From assembly GCF_964204645.1 (NCBI RefSeq), contig NC_134036.1:10643859-10707858 (forward strand): a stretch of DNA of 64,000 nucleotides, in the 5' to 3' direction. Both the position numbers and the translations under genes were made by a program. Below, piece after piece: positions 11,787 through 26,293 of this stretch; positions within the stretch are counted from its first letter, which is position 1; the number at the start of each line of letters is the position of its first letter. This DNA comes from Tubulanus polymorphus (taxonomy: Eukaryota > Animalia > Nemertea). The notes under the pieces are model-generated. The model saw nothing but the letters and a program-made list of their open reading frames with translations, searched no databases and was not told the DNA's origin.

Positions 11787-13667
11787 TTTATGAGAACTAC
11801 TGCCAATGTTAATAAAACATAAAGCTTTCAATATAATGACATCACATATTTTTCATGGGGCTTAAAACAATTAAAATCGGTATTAATGAGTTCAGAAATG
11901 TGATGAACTTACATTTCATTTCATTGCATATAATGAATATATCAAGAACTATCATGCAAGTGGTCAATGAATAAACTTACTAGTGATTAACTTAAACTTA
12001 ATAAAATAACTAAGTCAATAATTCAAAACATCTAAGTAAGCGAGTAAAAATCCCCAATTCTTCAAATTAGGTAATCCCCTCCCTTTGAAGGGATTATAAG
12101 TAGATACAATCTTAAGGTCAATTAATTCGTATTATTGATACGTATATCCAATTTATTCATATTTTACTGTCGAACACCGTAAGGATATCAATATGCCCAT
12201 ACAAACTATGCTATTTAAATTAAAACATACTACAAATTAACCTTTCATTGATACTAAATTAGTGCATATACATGTAGTTATTGCACAGCTTAGTAAAGGG
12301 GTTCATCGCGCATTTCAAATATATTACACTAGCTTGAATCTAAAATATTTAATATCAAAAGTACGTTATTTCTAATAATTCATGACATCGCACAGCTGAA
12401 ATTCAATAATATTCCAGTTCGAATCTTAAGATATTACAAATAAAAGTTTATTACTCTTATTAATTCTTACAATTTATTTTATCCGTAAGAATTTATCGCA
12501 ACGAAAGATTTCATTTAAAAGTTCAAACATATTTCAGTCTCATTGCAAATTCGAGAAACATCGTGCTTTGACATGTTCTTGACAATCACCAAGTATGAAT
12601 ATTTGGGGGATTTTTACCCAGGGTATGTTTACCCAGGGTTTAGATTTTTTAGATTTCTACATAGGAAATCTTTACCAGGTGATCTTTTTTATACGGATGA
12701 AGGTATTTTGAAGGAGATATTCTGGGGGATTTTTAATTGTCATATCTAGCTACAGTAGATACTTTGATTATTCGCTACGTTACTTATTACATATCACACA
12801 AATCCGCGTAACGCTAGAATCAATACTGTTAGCAAAAATCACTAAGAATCGCAATTTGCTCATTTTGTAATATTTTTGAAATCGTCCAATTTAATTGCAG
12901 AGATTCCCCGATATATCACGAGTAATGAAACAGATATCACGTTTAAACGTAGATTTTTCTTTAATTTTGAAATCCATAGAGCAAACATTTGAACCTAATG
13001 TTATTGAACATAAAGCTCCCAACCCTCCCTGCATTTATACATCGAGAAATCCAACTCGACTATAATAGGCTTTTTATCATGGTGTAATATAGCTTGTGCA
13101 ACAGGACGTCACTGATTCATTACGTTAATTGTGAGGTGTTTATACATAATAGTTTCGTGAATAATTCATATGGTGGGATCATAATCGGAAAAGATCTGCC
13201 TTAAAGAATTTATCGCCGTAGGGAGTTTGAGCTTCTCGATAAAATTCCCCAAAAATAATTCAAAATCGCCCTATCCAATATCTAAAGGCCATTCAAAGCA
13301 ATATATTTTGTCAATTCTTTTTGAATTTATCCATAATCAATAACATATTCTTAATAGTAATGATTTTATTATTAGGAATCTGATCTAATATATTTCTAGT
13401 TGTAAAACGTAGCTGTCCGATTTACGAGCAATTATCACATTAATGAGATGATCGCTCGTAGGTCGGATGGATGGACATATTAGTGTGTACCGGTTTACAG
13501 TGTCTTAAATCAAAGATTCCATTTGATATCCGTCGTATTTCTATGAAAGAGTACAAACAGAAATATAAACCCTATACAGGGTACAAATCAGAAGTTAAAA
13601 CTAGGACAATGGCTAATTTGCAAACAAAAAGGGAAAAATTTCTCTCAACAATCATGACCCACATAAG

Positions 13668-14035
13668 CCGCGATCATACGAAGACGATTTGGCCCGGGCC
13701 AAATTAGCACCGATCAGGCTCGGGCCAAATTTGGTAATTAGAGAGTGCGTTCACACGCAAACCATTCACTCGATACTAAACAATGCTCAAACAAAGCGAA
13801 GTGGATCATTTACGGTGCTAGTTGCAATTCAAACGCAGTCATTTGTCTGGTGCTCGGGCCTGGTCCGACGTTTTTGGTCGGGCCAAATTTGGCCCGGGCC
13901 AAACAGGCTCGGGCCCATTGGCACCCGTGTGAACAGTTGGTCCGGCCCAAATATGGCCCTGGCCTAAAAAAATACACGTGTGATCGCTAGAGACGATTTG
14001 TCGGGGCTAAATTGGCTCGAATCAGGTCCGACTTA
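13668..14035. repeat. MITE-like repeat built of TTTGGCCCGGGCCAAA palindromes
   Basis: Multiple GGCCCGGGCC / CGGGCCAAAT units; a diverged copy continues to about 14280. Confidence 0.55.
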
Positions 14036-14849
14036 AATTTTACGCATGGCTTACCAAAGAGCGCGCAGATTTTCATGTTCAAATTCATTTCACATTCAAA
14101 TTCAAACCCATTCATTCGTTACTAAACAATGCTTAAACCATGGAATCTAAAACGAGTCCATACTTAAACCAAGCGAAGTGACTGACTTCCAGAACCAGTT
14201 TAAATCAACACGCTTAATTTGACTCAGGTCTGGTCCGTCGTTTTTGGTCGGGCGATTAGGCACGGGTCCATTTTGCACCCATTACTGTTTTTTTTTCGCC
14301 AGATCCCTCCGTCCCTACACCTTTTAACTTGATTTTTATCATCCACGTATTTAAATTTCGATTCTTTCAGCTTGTGTTAATTTTATACTCATGCAAAGCA
14401 GACTGATTACAATTTGCAGCAGTGCGCTATATAATGAAATAAGTAATATTGATTGTTAATATCAATATCAAGTGTGAATTTGCAGTTGAAAAATAATTGA
14501 TTTGATTAACAGTATAATTTGATCTAGACCTCCCAGCGTCAATCAATGAAGAAAAAATTTAACTAGTCAAAGACTCAAGATCAAGTAAAGAAAAAGGAAG
14601 ATGCATTCCAACAACTGATTGCGATGTGAAGACTATATAAGCCTTATTATTAGAAAATGCACTACAGCTATTCAACTTTCTATAAATCATTCGTCGCAGA
14701 CCCTCAAATACCGTGTACATTATCACTCAAATTGCCTAAATATGTCTGGTGTCGTCGCTATAGTATACTATTTATTAAAACAATTATTACACCAATATAA
14801 TTAATATATACACCTATCATTCTAAAAGCTCAGGTTTTAGCGTTTAGTC

Positions 14850-15090
14850 GTTTGGAAGAACATTCATCCCAAAGTCTATATTTCGAATAACAGTCCAGTT
14901 TCCTTCGTTCGACATTCGGAGGAACATTCCTCCCGAAGTCGATACTTTGAATATCAGACCTGAAGGTCAAATTCTCTTCGTTTGACCTTGGGAGGAATAT
15001 TCCTCCCAAAGTCAATTCTTTGAATATCGGACCCCATGGTCAAGTTTCCATCGATTGACATTGGGAGGAATATTCCTCCCGCAGTCAATT
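14850..15090. repeat. Tandem repeat with palindromic TTGGGAGGAATATTCCTCCCAA core (4 units)
   Basis: Core seen near 14850, 14917, 14988 and 15061. Confidence 0.7.
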
Positions 15091-17211
15091 TTCACAATAG
15101 CGGTCCTCTTAATTGGTGACACTCAAAGAACGCGCGGCTCAGATTTCTATTGTGCGCCTATCGCGAGCTGCGCGTGAATCACTTACGTAATCTTTTCTGT
15201 AAATGTGAAGACCTCGGGGGCATTATGTTCTCTAAAGCCCAATATTATCCCAAATTCCGGACTGTTAATAGGTTGATTTTACAGCAGAGTCGACATGTTT
15301 CAACAATTTTTAACTGTTCATTTATGAATATTTGAGGACTTATGAACTAAAAATTAGTTAAATTTTTGATACATTTTGAGAAAGTCACAAAACATTTGAG
15401 ACTGCGTTCCAAGTGGAAGAGGAAAACAATATTCACCAGCGGAAGATAGACAGTTACGCAATATTAAGAATGGGCATTTTGGACTTGACAATTTTGAACC
15501 CGTGAGACAGTGACATAAAACAACTTTAGCATAAACTGCGATTCGGGACAGTAACTAAATCAGAAGCTTCTATATATAAGTTTTTCAAATTTCAGGGCAG
15601 TACATATTAAACCAGGCCGGCCGGTGACTGTTGAAATCAAGTTCATCAACTGAATGTGGCTTTCAATTGTTTTATGATAGGATGCATCTTTTAATGTAAA
15701 GCAATTCAGGCCTTAGCTTAATACTAAGTATAAACAAAATAAAAAATCAAAATCATCAATCAGTGTTGCAAACTAAACACAGATAATCGGGCGATTGCTA
15801 ACGTAAGGGCATAAAATGAGTTCAATTGATGACACTTAAAACCATCTTTTACTTAAAAATAGTTTTGATGGGTTCATCTAACGAAACCCATAAAAAAATC
15901 AAAGAAACAAAATGAACAACACAAGTTTTATGTATTATAACTGAACGTACCTTTTACGCGGGTTGAACCAAAAAATACGACTAGAAACGAAGCTAGAAAT
16001 AGTAAGACTTTGGTGGCCATCGGATTCGAATACGAGTTCACTTCCTAAGTCGGTAAATGTTAGATCCAGTCAAATCGTAGACAATTGTCTTCCTACGGTC
16101 TATACGGTTTTAGAACGATGAACTTGGAGAGTTTATTGTCCAATTCGCAATAAATAAGTCTTCTGCATAAATAAGAATAAGAAGTAAGTTGCTAAATGTG
16201 TTCCGCAATGTTCCGGAATGTCTACTTACAAGTACCCCGTGGGGTATGTGTGGGGTAGGTTTCCCGTCGCACCCGTGCGCGAGAGCCTGTCGATTCGTGT
16301 TTAAAAACAAACCAATTAACGCGTAAAAAAGGTAAAAACAAACAGAAATGCCGATTTCGTTCGGTTCAATTTGATTCAATTTGATTACGTCGTTCTCTAC
16401 CACTGCTGGACGCGCACTATCGTCCTAAAATGGTAACTTTCATAGAAAAAGCAAACAAACGAAAACGGAATAAACTTCCTCTTTCATAACTTGTGTTGCG
16501 AATATGTGTATAGATTTACTGAACTAGATATTTTAAATATCTAGTTCAGTAAATCTATTCGATTCTAGTTTTTTGCTTCCTGCATTAGAGCGCATAATAT
16601 TATCTTCGGCAGTTAGGGATGTTTTCAGTTTCACCAGGCGCCATTATGGGGGCATGTACCTCAGCGTGCCGCAGCATCGTTGAACAGATTTAAACATATT
16701 ATTTCTGTTGCACTTAAACCACAAGCGCGATTTACTTATTTTCTTTTATCACTACTTATTTTAATTGTAGTTCATCCCCTTTTGCCACACCGATTAGATT
16801 TACATATCGTTAATAAAGGTGACGATTTCTATTTTCTGATTGTGTTCATATTATTTTCCGCAAAATTCTGACACGGCTATAGTTTAAAAGAAATACGTCT
16901 TTTTTCAGGAAACGTTTGAGAAAAATAGGTAATTTCATGGCACTGTGAATGTTTCAGATACAATTTAGAACTTTTTTTCCGAAGAAGAGAGTTTTACCAG
17001 AAGATCTATCAATGATGCAATCGTAAAAATTTTTTCATAGAAACGCGCGCGGCCACCGGTTGTGTTTAGCGCAAGGCGCGCGCGCGAATGGTCGATTTTC
17101 TGTTTCACCTTGGCAGTGGCGATCATCTCGTAGAGATCGTACTGCGGGAATAAGTGAAGAACCAAATAGCGACAATCGCCTTCGAAAAATTAGGCAAAAA
17201 ATTGAGAAAAC

Positions 17212-18018
17212 TATGGAAGCCCTGAAACGACATTACGAATTACGTTTTACGAAATACGTTTTCCAAACGATTTCCATTTTCTTATTAGCTATTGCTTCAA
17301 AATTTTTTCGGAAAAACACGGGCTTTGCAATGAAGTCGAATCATGACTGAAGATTGCAGAAAGAATCTGACTGAATTTATTTTGCATTTCGAAATATAAA
17401 CATGTATATATCCGTGATATTGAGGGAGTTTCGTACGCATTTCTTATTACAAGTAATAATGAGACCAAGGAAGTCAAAAAGTGACTTATGATAATTTCAA
17501 ATGATTAAACGTATAGAGATTCAGCCTGCATACACCCTGATTCCTTTTATTAATAAATTACAAACACTGCACTGTCCTGTTTGGCAAGGGCACAATGATT
17601 TAGACGATACAAAACTGGACATTATTCGGGGTTCATGGAGATAAAAAGGAATTGGACTCCATATCGGTGCGGATACAATTGTTCAATTGTAACAAATGAT
17701 CAGAACAAGTCTTAGCTTTTAATAATGAAAATATATATTTATATTTGAAAGCAAAGCGTTTGTTTGGGCTGCAATCTCATCGATCATCGTTATTAGTTGA
17801 AGCATTCGGCAAAAAATACAACCGATCACACTACTTAAGTGCTGCCTTCTGCCTGCTACCCAAAGTTTAATATTCACGACACGGAGAGTGCACCACAACC
17901 TTGACCTCTTGTTCGAAGTGTTGTGGTAAATCGTTGCCCAAAATGCAAGTCGTAAAACGTAACTCGTAAGACGTAATTCGTAAAACGTAATTCGTAATGT
18001 CGTTTCAGGGCTTCCATA
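17212..18018. mobile_element. Non-autonomous TIR element (~0.8 kb), TATGGAAGCC termini, 6-bp TSD GAAAAC
   Basis: ~40-bp TIR TATGGAAGCCCTGAAACGACATTACGAATTACGTTTTACG; GAAAAC at 17206-17211 and 18019-18024. Confidence 0.8.
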
Positions 18019-18237
18019 GAAAACTAATATATTTTCATTTCATTATTTATTCATCACCGAAGTCAAACATACCTTAATGCTGAACACAGCGACGTACCAA
18101 ACAGTAAAATGCGTTAATTAAGTTTATGAGAAAAGATATTGAAAGGAGCTATGTTTGTGATTTAAGGTAAGTAACCTCATTCAAAAAACATAATTCTAAA
18201 GGTGAAAACAGAAAGAAAAAAGGCTTTTCCTACCTTT

Positions 18238-19745
18238 TTACATGTCCAGGTGGCATAACTTATAATTCTTGAGGGTGTGGAACCGTTGAAAGCAAGGTAC
18301 AGCACACATTGCTACGTAACATTGAATACACTCATATTTCGATTGTTTTCTGCCTCTGGGTCGAGTAGAATCTGAGCAAACTACACAATTCGGCCTGCCG
18401 CTTTCAACATTCCCTGGAAAGTGTGTTTCTATTGTGGCATTTCTCCAGTTGGTTGACGGCCACGAGACAGTGGGGTTTCGTTTATATATCCTTCCAGTAG
18501 TGATTCGGACGCCATTCGCTGAAATCTCTGCAGAGTGACATTGCCATTGTTTTGTTGCAACTTGTGTATTAATTATGTAGGTATTCAGCATGCACACTGA
18601 TAAGAGGGATTGAAATATTCTCGGGTACCACTTTCGAGATCTATGTGGAAATCTGTAGGTTTTTGTACGCTGATCCGAGACGTCAACGCCTCCCATGTAT
18701 TTGTTATACTCATTGATACAACTCGGCTTCTTGATGTCCCGAAAACCCGTTTATGTTCCACGTGCACGTATCTGTTTATCCATACAGTTATTTGTATATA
18801 CATTTGTGAGGACATGTACCCTTTTTGTATCATGCCATGCGACAACTAACATTATTCCATTACGACTGAAAACTGGGTCATCGCCTTTAGATAGTGGGTT
18901 GTGATGCGGTTTAATTGACAAATGTAATCCTTTTTGTGACACACGAATTGTTACACAGATACCGGTTTGACGATCACTAAACAATGTAGCTAGTGGTACA
19001 CTGGTATAAAAATTGTCCATGAACACAATGTGGCCTTTATCATAGTTATACTCACAAAGTTTATAAACAATTCTAGCGCTGTTCTCATCTTCAGTGTCCA
19101 CATCATTTCGATCATCGGCAGCATGGATTTTCCTGTGTAAAGAATCCAATCTACTATATATGCTGACTTGGAATCTGAGAGAACAATTGCCTTGTACCCC
19201 CATTCATCTGGTTTATTTGGGTTGTACTGCTTGAATGTACTTTCGCCTTTGAAAGCAATTGTCATTTCATCTAGGGCTATGTTATGACGGCACATAAAAT
19301 TGCTTGAATTTAGGTATAAGTAGATCTATAAGTGGTTTTGTTTTGAAGGCTCTCACATGACCTGGTTCCCCACGTGGTATTCTGTTCTCATTGTTGACTA
19401 AGTGAAGTTAACTCATAATCAAGGTGAATCGATCTCTTCTCATTATTTTTTTGAACCCAGGTGTTTCTGTTGTCCAGTAAGTATCCCAGTATAGTTCAAT
19501 TTCATGCTTTTCTACCAGTCCCATTATGAAGCATATAGAAATAAAAGCTTTCATTTCATGTATTGTTACAGGTTTCCATTCACGAAATCGCGACCTTGGC
19601 TTTAGATTCTCATTATTTTCAAGAAATTGTTTGAAATTGTTTCACACGCAATTCTTCAACTGTTTACATTGGTGTTCACAATCCACTCTTCTCGTATGGC
19701 TATGTAATTTCTTACCGGGTCTGTTAGTGTATTCTTTCGCGTAAT
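18238..19745 (-). pseudogene. Decayed piggyBac (PGBD4-like) transposase
   Basis: DEMTIAFKG, YNPNKP..WGYK, FMDNFYTS, MGGVDVSDQ and C-terminal Cys-rich CVVC...CIQC...C..PCF..FH, spread over several frames. Confidence 0.9.
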
Positions 19746-20199
19746 TCTCAGCAATCAGTATTAATATAAATCCGACAATAAACAACACGATATCCATATT
19801 GTAGTTTCAACACTAGACGGACTTGAAGCCCCTGGCAGACGGTGCCGGATTGTAAAACTTGCAACGCGAGATCACTCGCTCCTCACCAGCTCACATTGGC
19901 ACATACAGCGCAGGCCCGAGCGTGTGTCTCCGCCACAGACGACGCGCTATTACGTATAAATCGAACGTATTCTCTATGAATGTCCCCGTGAAAAACAAAT
20001 ATTCAAAGGCCCTTGCCACGCGACGCGTCTATGGAATGTACGTTGGTATCCGGTTCTGCTATTTATATCATCACAAAAGAAGTCGAAGTAGTTATAGTGT
20101 TTGCCTCGATCAGTTTTATATTTAGCATCAAACGGTGTCTACGCATCACGGTTATCATCCAGCGTTCATGTAGAGTACACGCTAGCGCTCAATTTGATC

Positions 20200-20450
20200 T
20201 CAGAGTTTCAGCGCAAGGTACTACACTTGCTTACTGAAATCCAAGCTGATGCGAGGAGGTGCCTAGCTGATAGAGAAGATAATGAATCGGACATTCATAT
20301 CAACGCATTATCGGACATAGAGGAGTTCCAGCTTCTCAAATCAGAATTAAGAGACCCCGAGAAACATGTAACACTGGTATGTTGTTTAAGCTGATTAAAA
20401 GTAGGTGGTGACACATATAAGGATGCAATATCGAATGTTATGAAGAAGTA
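20200..20450 (+). pseudogene. Fragment of a transposon-associated (DUF4806-like) protein
   Basis: FQRKVLHLLTEI...EEFQLL..EL...VGGDTYKDAISNVMKK pattern recalled from CACTA/Mirage accessory ORFs. Confidence 0.35.
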
Positions 20451-21480
20451 AATATTATTCAAGCTGCTTCTTTTATCGATTTCATTTTGGACCAACAGTA
20501 CTCATAAGTGAAAGAATACGCCCAGGAAAACCAACCCCCGTGAAGCTGGCTCCCGGTTCCTCGGTTCCCGGTTCGGCTCCCGATTAAAAACCATTTTGCG
20601 CGCGATGATCAAAACAAACATTTGCGCGATGTAAGCGTCAGCGGTTGCTCGGATTTTGTATAGTGTGCTTGAATACTGAGACGCCGGTGACCTAATTTCA
20701 TTTTGTCTGCCTACAGAGACGCGGATGGCCTCAATTCTGGGGAATGTAATAGTGGAGAATACTGCGATGTGAGCATCATCGGTCTGATACGAGGAAGATT
20801 GTACTGCATGATTTGTTATATGTTGCTAGTTTTTCACACAGCCAATTGCGTTACTGCCCTGAGCCCGGTTTAAGTAATGATTCTAATTGAAAATGCTTAA
20901 TTGGGGGTAGTTAATTGGTATACCTTTGTCAGCGATATGAAGTTGGCTATTGAAATGTGTAATGAAATAAATATCTTCATTACAGGCATTGTCAACATAT
21001 TTGAAAATCATTTTGAATCGGTAGCCGAATCGGGACCCGGGAAGCGGGAGCAGGCTACTGGTTCGGCTCCCGATTCCAAATATGAAGCTGGCTACTTATT
21101 CGATTCGACTCTATTGCGGACAGGTAAATGTTATGATTGCGTAAGCATGGTGTCTGCTCTTGAAGTACTAGCCGCAACCTTGACCAACAGTCGAGACGAG
21201 GGCAATCGAGACGTCTAAACACAACGCGCAACCATGTCCGCTGACTGCGAGCGTTGCCCCGAGTGTTGACCTGCACTATGACTCAGCAAGTCATAATATC
21301 TTCTTTCATTCATTGAATGTTTTGTGAAATAAGCGAAATCCTCGGAAATGTCTTTCTTATTATAAACTGCAAGCAGCTGCTACTACGTCATCATTCCGAT
21401 ATGAATGTATGAAGCTACGAGATGTACGCGTGACTTGTGATATGTAGGTTTCCATAGACAAGTGGCTGTCCAATATCAAT

Positions 21481-21648
21481 AGTAGATAAAAACCCACAAT
21501 AAAAAGAGAGAATATCTGGTAGCTTAACGTTTCAACTCAATTCTATGAGGCATTTTCAAAAACTGTTTTTGAAAATGGCTCATGGAATTGAGTTGAAACG
21601 TTAAGCTACCAGATAGTTTTTCTTTTTATTGTGGGTTTTTATCTACTT
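21481..21648. repeat. ~168-bp hairpin; arms resemble a degenerate Penelope-type hammerhead/3' end
   Basis: AGTAGATAAAAACCCACAATAAAAAG...CTTTTTATTGTGGGTTTTTATCTACT; arm contains TGAAAATG-stem-GAAACGTT. Confidence 0.75.
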
Positions 21649-24564
21649 GTGATACGTAGTTTTTCCCACAGCCAATTGGGTTAATTAATGCCCTGGGCCC
21701 GGTTTAGGTGATAATTCGAATTGAAAGTGCTATATTCTAGTTAGTGAATTCGATGATGAAATCTGTTTCACCAACGCTTATTAGGGAAAAGTGAATTAAT
21801 CGTAATTATCTCCGAAGTTAATTCCAAATTAATTAGTCCTATACGATGAAGAAACTATCATTCATAGAATGACCAGCCCCGTCGCTAATTATGCACCGGA
21901 ATGTGGGGGAGCTTAAATTCCCGTTCGTGAAACCCGAAACCCGACCCTGGAGAAAACGCGATCAACGAGATCAAAAATTAGACATGTCAAATAAACAGGC
22001 GTTCGAACGAGACGTCCGCCCACCGTCCGAATCACCTCTTTAATCCTATAGACGCCTATCTTTTGTTAAGTATTATATTTTCCATAAAAGATATTTCAAT
22101 ATACGTTGGTTGTTCTAGAGTTTCAATTTCATCGTTTTTTCGTCTTGCGTCCAAATACTGAATACGTGTTAAATACTGAAAACGTGTCTGTTTCTATTCG
22201 AATCGTACAGTATAATTGAACAGCCGTTCGGCTTGAACTCTAGAACAACTGAACCGATCGTTTCGACGTTGACGAGAAATCTTCACGCTTACAAGTGCGC
22301 AGTGAATTGGTTACGAGCGATACGAGTATATATGATAACAATACTTATAAACCAACTCCAAAGCTTCGATCACCGGCCGCTCATCTAAACTGTGTTCACA
22401 ACTGAAACGCGCAGTGAATTGGTTATGAAGCGAGACGAGTAGCTTTGACTATATTAACCAGCTCCAATGTCTCGATCGCCGGCCGCTCATCTAAACTGTT
22501 TTCACGCTGCCTCCGTTTGTGACCTTAGGATAGCAAGCTCAGTCTATCTACGCGCAATGGTGACTGGAAAGTTGCCTCTTGACATCAGTCTCATTAAAAG
22601 CTACCAAAAATCTAATCGTGACAATGTAAATAAAACCCGATCAAGACTGTATATATGTAAGTGTACAAACATGTATTCAATATTCACGTGTCTGTGCCGC
22701 TTTCTTACTGACGGTCTATCAATACGCATAGCACTGTCCGTTTGATTGCGATACATTCACGGACCTAACTCACTGTATATTAGAAACACATAACTGCTAC
22801 CAGTGTAAAACTTATACTTTTAGGCAAATTCAGCACCAGATGTGAAGTACCAACTGCGCACCCCTTGACGGAGAAACCCATCCTAATCGGAGCTGCACCG
22901 TCGATGTCATACAACTACACTTCGGATACCCCAGGGCCATACTCTCATCTGGAAAATTTGCGTTTCGAAATGTCCTTTCTTCCTATCTAGTCAACACGCG
23001 GGATCATCAACTTAGAGGACTTCTACATCAACATCTACCCGAGGAAAAAAACCACACTAAACTATCGGACTATTTACACGTAGAAAACGACCAAAAAAAT
23101 ATAAAAATGGACAAAATGATCTTGTAATATAGCTATTTCCAGAATCTCATTGTATTAAATTAGGCAGCCAGAAAAATTCATCCCAATCAGTCGCTTGCCG
23201 GTTCAGACTGAATGGAAGATTGTTTGGATGAACCGGAACCGAATTTCCAATTATGTACTTCGATTTTAAAATATTCTGTTTACTCGACCGCCGATCACAC
23301 ATCTATATCTGTACTTCGATTTCCGATTTCAAAGTCAAACCCCCTGTTTCGCTCCCGGCAGGTGTGGTGGGTCTGTAAGGGACACTCAATCGAAAAATCA
23401 AACAAAATTTACCAGCCAAATAAATAAATAATGGGGACAATCCCTATTTTAAGATCAAAACTGTTTTCACAACTCAAACGTCGTTAAGTGAACTAGCGAG
23501 GCGGATGGCTTATGCTAGTACCTACTCGCTCGAAAGCTGCTATCGTCGTCACTTCCGAGATCGATTCTTATAAATTCGGCGATTGTTTACGCTTTGAGCT
23601 GTTTGCTGTAGACGCATTACTCCGACGACGAACTGAAATATAAGAAAGCCGCGACAATCGCTGAAAAGGTATTTACGTCTTAACATTCTGTAACCATCGC
23701 GCACGACGATGCGAGTGACAATATGGGAGCCCTCGCCCGGTTATTGATTTTCGAAAATCTCGATGGCGAAATAATCATTCGTTTCATGATAAATAGAATT
23801 ATTATATTATTTCATATGCTCAGCGAAATATTCAATTGAATGCGATGGAAATAATGAACATTCCACGCAAGATTAATTGCAAGACTCTAAAGTCAATTAC
23901 TGTGATGAACTGACTGGCTTTATAAAGTAACAAGCGGATGTGATGCATATGAACATGGGTCCAATTGCAAAGTAGGGGCTTACATTCCAGATGGGACTCA
24001 GACCATCTTGGTTCTATTGTCGATCTAACAATCTATGACCAGACTTGTGACGATGACCACTTTTGGATTAAGTCGCACTGAGGTCCCGACAGGTTTCGCT
24101 GTTGGGTTATTAGTCGACCGCGTTTCAATTTTCATCGATATCCAATTTCACTGAAAATGAAGCATTACCACTGGGTTTAAGTTTAGTTCTCTAACTACTT
24201 ATTGTTTTGGTCTTGGGCTACATTCAAGTAAGGCACATAGCTATTTGAATTGAGTTGAATTCATTTTGCTTTTCAAAATTACATTATGAAACGGAAAAAT
24301 TAACAGAGTTTCGCGTGAAACTTTTTACAATATATAGCATTAATGAAAATAGAGGGGATCGTGAGAAGTCAAAAAGTGACGTATACGAATCCGAGCACCC
24401 TAACTTTATGCAAATACATATGTAATACAAAGATTATGACGATTATGCAAGTATTATTTAGATAAAAGTAGATAATTACAATTAGATAAAATGCAAATAT
24501 ATAATAATACTATATTTAAATGTCACTAGATAGGAATTTTACAATATTTGTCTATTTCTTTCAG

Positions 24565-26293
24565 ATGCATTACGTCATAACTCTGGGAGCCGCGCTGCTG
24601 CTGTTGGTGACGTCTTGTAGGTCGTCATGTCTGATATCGAGGGCTAGTAAGTAACGGCGAAGCGGCGCTGTCACTGTCACGCCCAAATTTATTTAGCCAA
24701 ATTATTCCTAATACAACAAGGAAACGAAGTTGTTGAAATTGTCGCTACATTTTACGCCGTCCGTCCAAGAACGGAGTTCTGATAAGAAAGCGAATATATT
24801 AAACTGTTAAATAAATGTCACCTGACTCTTTGGCTATAGGTAAGACATCACTACGAACACTGATTGTAAAGTGGCAATAAAAATGCTATATCAGGGAATT
24901 TGAAAACCAAAAATACTTGAAATAGATTTCTTAGAAATGACTAAGTTCTCAAAACTATTTATACGAATACTTCAACATTATTTTGCACAGAATACTAAGT
25001 TTTTTCGGAAGGGGAATGGTTATTTGAGTATTAAATAATCAAATTCATCCGCAGGAGGTACCCTAGATCCAGCTCCGTCCCAAACACCGTTTGTTTCATT
25101 TTTAGAGTGTAAATGCGAGACGGGTTGGTCACCGGCAGGAAACGACAAATGCTTCAAGATTTCATCGGTTTACGGTCCGTTCGATAGGATCAAACTTTGC
25201 CCCAACAGTTCAATGGCTAAAATTGAGAACCAAGAGCAAAAAGATGTTGCCAGAAGTAAGTACTATTTTAGTCAAACGTGTTTCGATATGAAATTATGGA
25301 AATATATCTTTCAGGAACTAAGTATTAAGTACTTCACCTTTGGCATTCAATACCTAAAACACTAGTGTCCCTATGGTTAATATTACTTTCACCAGTCTTC
25401 GTAAAAAAGATTTAAAGCCAATTTGAAAAACCATATGCTATGTAACACTTGACTCGCAAAAGCAACATCGGGCGTGAGTTTTGTAGTCTAGTATTAACTT
25501 TAACCCGGGGGCTTACTCAATTCATTTTCGATTGAACACCCCCCCCCCCCCAAACGTGCATCTCAACCGCACGGCTCCACGCCGCGACTAAACAACCTCG
25601 CCAGAACGGAGAGTCCAGAGCCGTACGGATGGCCACGTGATCGATAAAAGAGTGCGAGTCAAACGGACGTATTCGAGAGTCGACCTGCCCCGGTAGGTGA
25701 AAGATCCGGTCTTGACGCGCGCAACGAAGATCATATATTTTTATATTTATACATCCTAGAGTGCTTAAAACACAATTCTCCCGGCCAGTGTATAGAAAGA
25801 CACGCGTGTGGTATGTTTTCACTGTTTGTTTTTTTTGACGCCTTATGAAACGTTACCATTATGAAACCTAAACAATGTTAACCATTCAGCGTCATTTTAC
25901 AAACGACAGCCGTAAATCGATGTGCAAAACGTCACAGGTCTATGTGTACACAAACAAGCTATCTGGCAAAATATTATTGACATAGATGTAGAATGGCTTC
26001 CTGTGATTATATAATGACCTATATTTGAACGTCGAAATGTTATATTGCATTGAATATCATTAGAAGACGTATTGTAATAGTAAAGGATGTATGATTATAT
26101 CAGAAGCGGCAGGCATAAATAGAAATGATAAGTAAATCGGATTATTCGGTTAAATGGCGGATGTATACACGATTTGGAAGTCTGATATAAAAGTCAGACC
26201 CTGACGTGGGCATGCCGGTGGAATGACGAAGCTATCTACGATGTGTGTAGGGCCGGCGTGAATTTCATCAGCGGCTACAAGCGGTCAATATGA
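24565..26293 (+). pseudogene. Secreted C-type lectin-like (pseudo)gene; exons 24565-24646, 25106-25255, ~26104-26293
   Basis: Signal peptide MHYVITLGAALLLLVTSC; exon 2 CETGWSPAGNDKCFKI...C...MAKIEN; exon 3 has xIGL and WND...C...NFI remnants with stops and a frameshift; canonical ag/gtaagt sites. Confidence 0.7.

Noticed and set aside
8137-15090. Tandem/palindromic repeats as CRISPR arrays
   Set aside because: Eukaryotic context, no unique spacers, no cas genes.
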